IMG/VR virus record: IMGVR_UViG_3300047557_002430
Span: 1 to 64,000 of that record
From: a virus
DNA: 64,000 nt
Reading direction: 5' to 3' (one strand)
The notes under the pieces were generated by a model. It ran no database searches, was not told the origin of the DNA, and saw only the letters and a list, made by a program, of their open reading frames with translations. Positions 63,832 through 64,000 of this stretch are shown in pieces. The number at the start of each line of letters is the position of its first letter. The first letter of the stretch is position 1. The position numbers and the translations under genes are program-made.

Positions 63832-64000
63832 GTGAGCGAGTCCGATCTTGTTTTTAGTCTTCAGTGTTTACAACGTCGGACTGCTCGCAAAAGATTTAGA
63901 AAAGATATTTTAGATGCTTGGAATAACGTATGTGCTTATTGCGGTTCTGATCGCGCACATACTTTAGATCATATTGTAGCGCGGGCAAAAGGCGGTCCTA
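63832..64000 (+). CDS. HNH endonuclease, partial (runs off the window end)
   Basis: RKRFRKDI...CAYCG....TLDHIVARAKGG. Confidence 0.8.
   Translation, partial: MSESDLVFSLQCLQRRTARKRFRKDILDAWNNVCAYCGSDRAHTLDHIVARAKGGP

Noticed and set aside
1-64000. CRISPR array, rRNA, IS elements or stop-codon reassignment
   Set aside because: No regularly spaced repeats, rRNA motifs or transposase seen; genes are intact under the standard bacterial code with all three stop codons used

Overview
The window is a 64-kb piece of a tailed dsDNA phage genome. The host is very probably a cyanobacterium: it carries an NblA-like gene, a cyanobacterial-type boxA element, and small-gene families typical of cyanophages. 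Layout: (i) 1-7.0 kb, a leftward operon of small early genes, preceded by a sigma70 promoter and a ~630-nt strongly base-paired non-coding leader; (ii) 8-16.5 kb, accessory genes, three tRNAs and an array of small ORFs built from shuffled motifs; (iii) 16.5-21.2 kb, dCMP deaminase, rmlD-rmlB-rmlA, a FkbM methyltransferase and a glycosyltransferase; (iv) 21.5-49.8 kb, virion morphogenesis genes (internal proteins, TerS/TerL, portal, overlapping scaffold, major capsid protein, adaptor, SLT/M23 hydrolase) interleaved with further glycosyltransferases, a methyltransferase, two HNH endonucleases, dps and nblA; (v) 49.7-53.8 kb, DNA-binding genes and an AT-rich origin-like palindrome; (vi) 53.8-61.6 kb, fibre/decoration proteins; (vii) an exostosin-like GT, a sulfotransferase, speD and a truncated HNH. 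The strongest candidate for an undescribed system is virion glycosylation. About six glycosyltransferase-like genes, two O-methyltransferases, a sulfotransferase and a dTDP-sugar pathway co-occur with a marked, directional excess of Ser-Gly dipeptides in predicted surface proteins; I found no Ser-Gly in the major capsid protein or TerL. All calls come from reading motifs by eye, and no database search or RNA folding was run.
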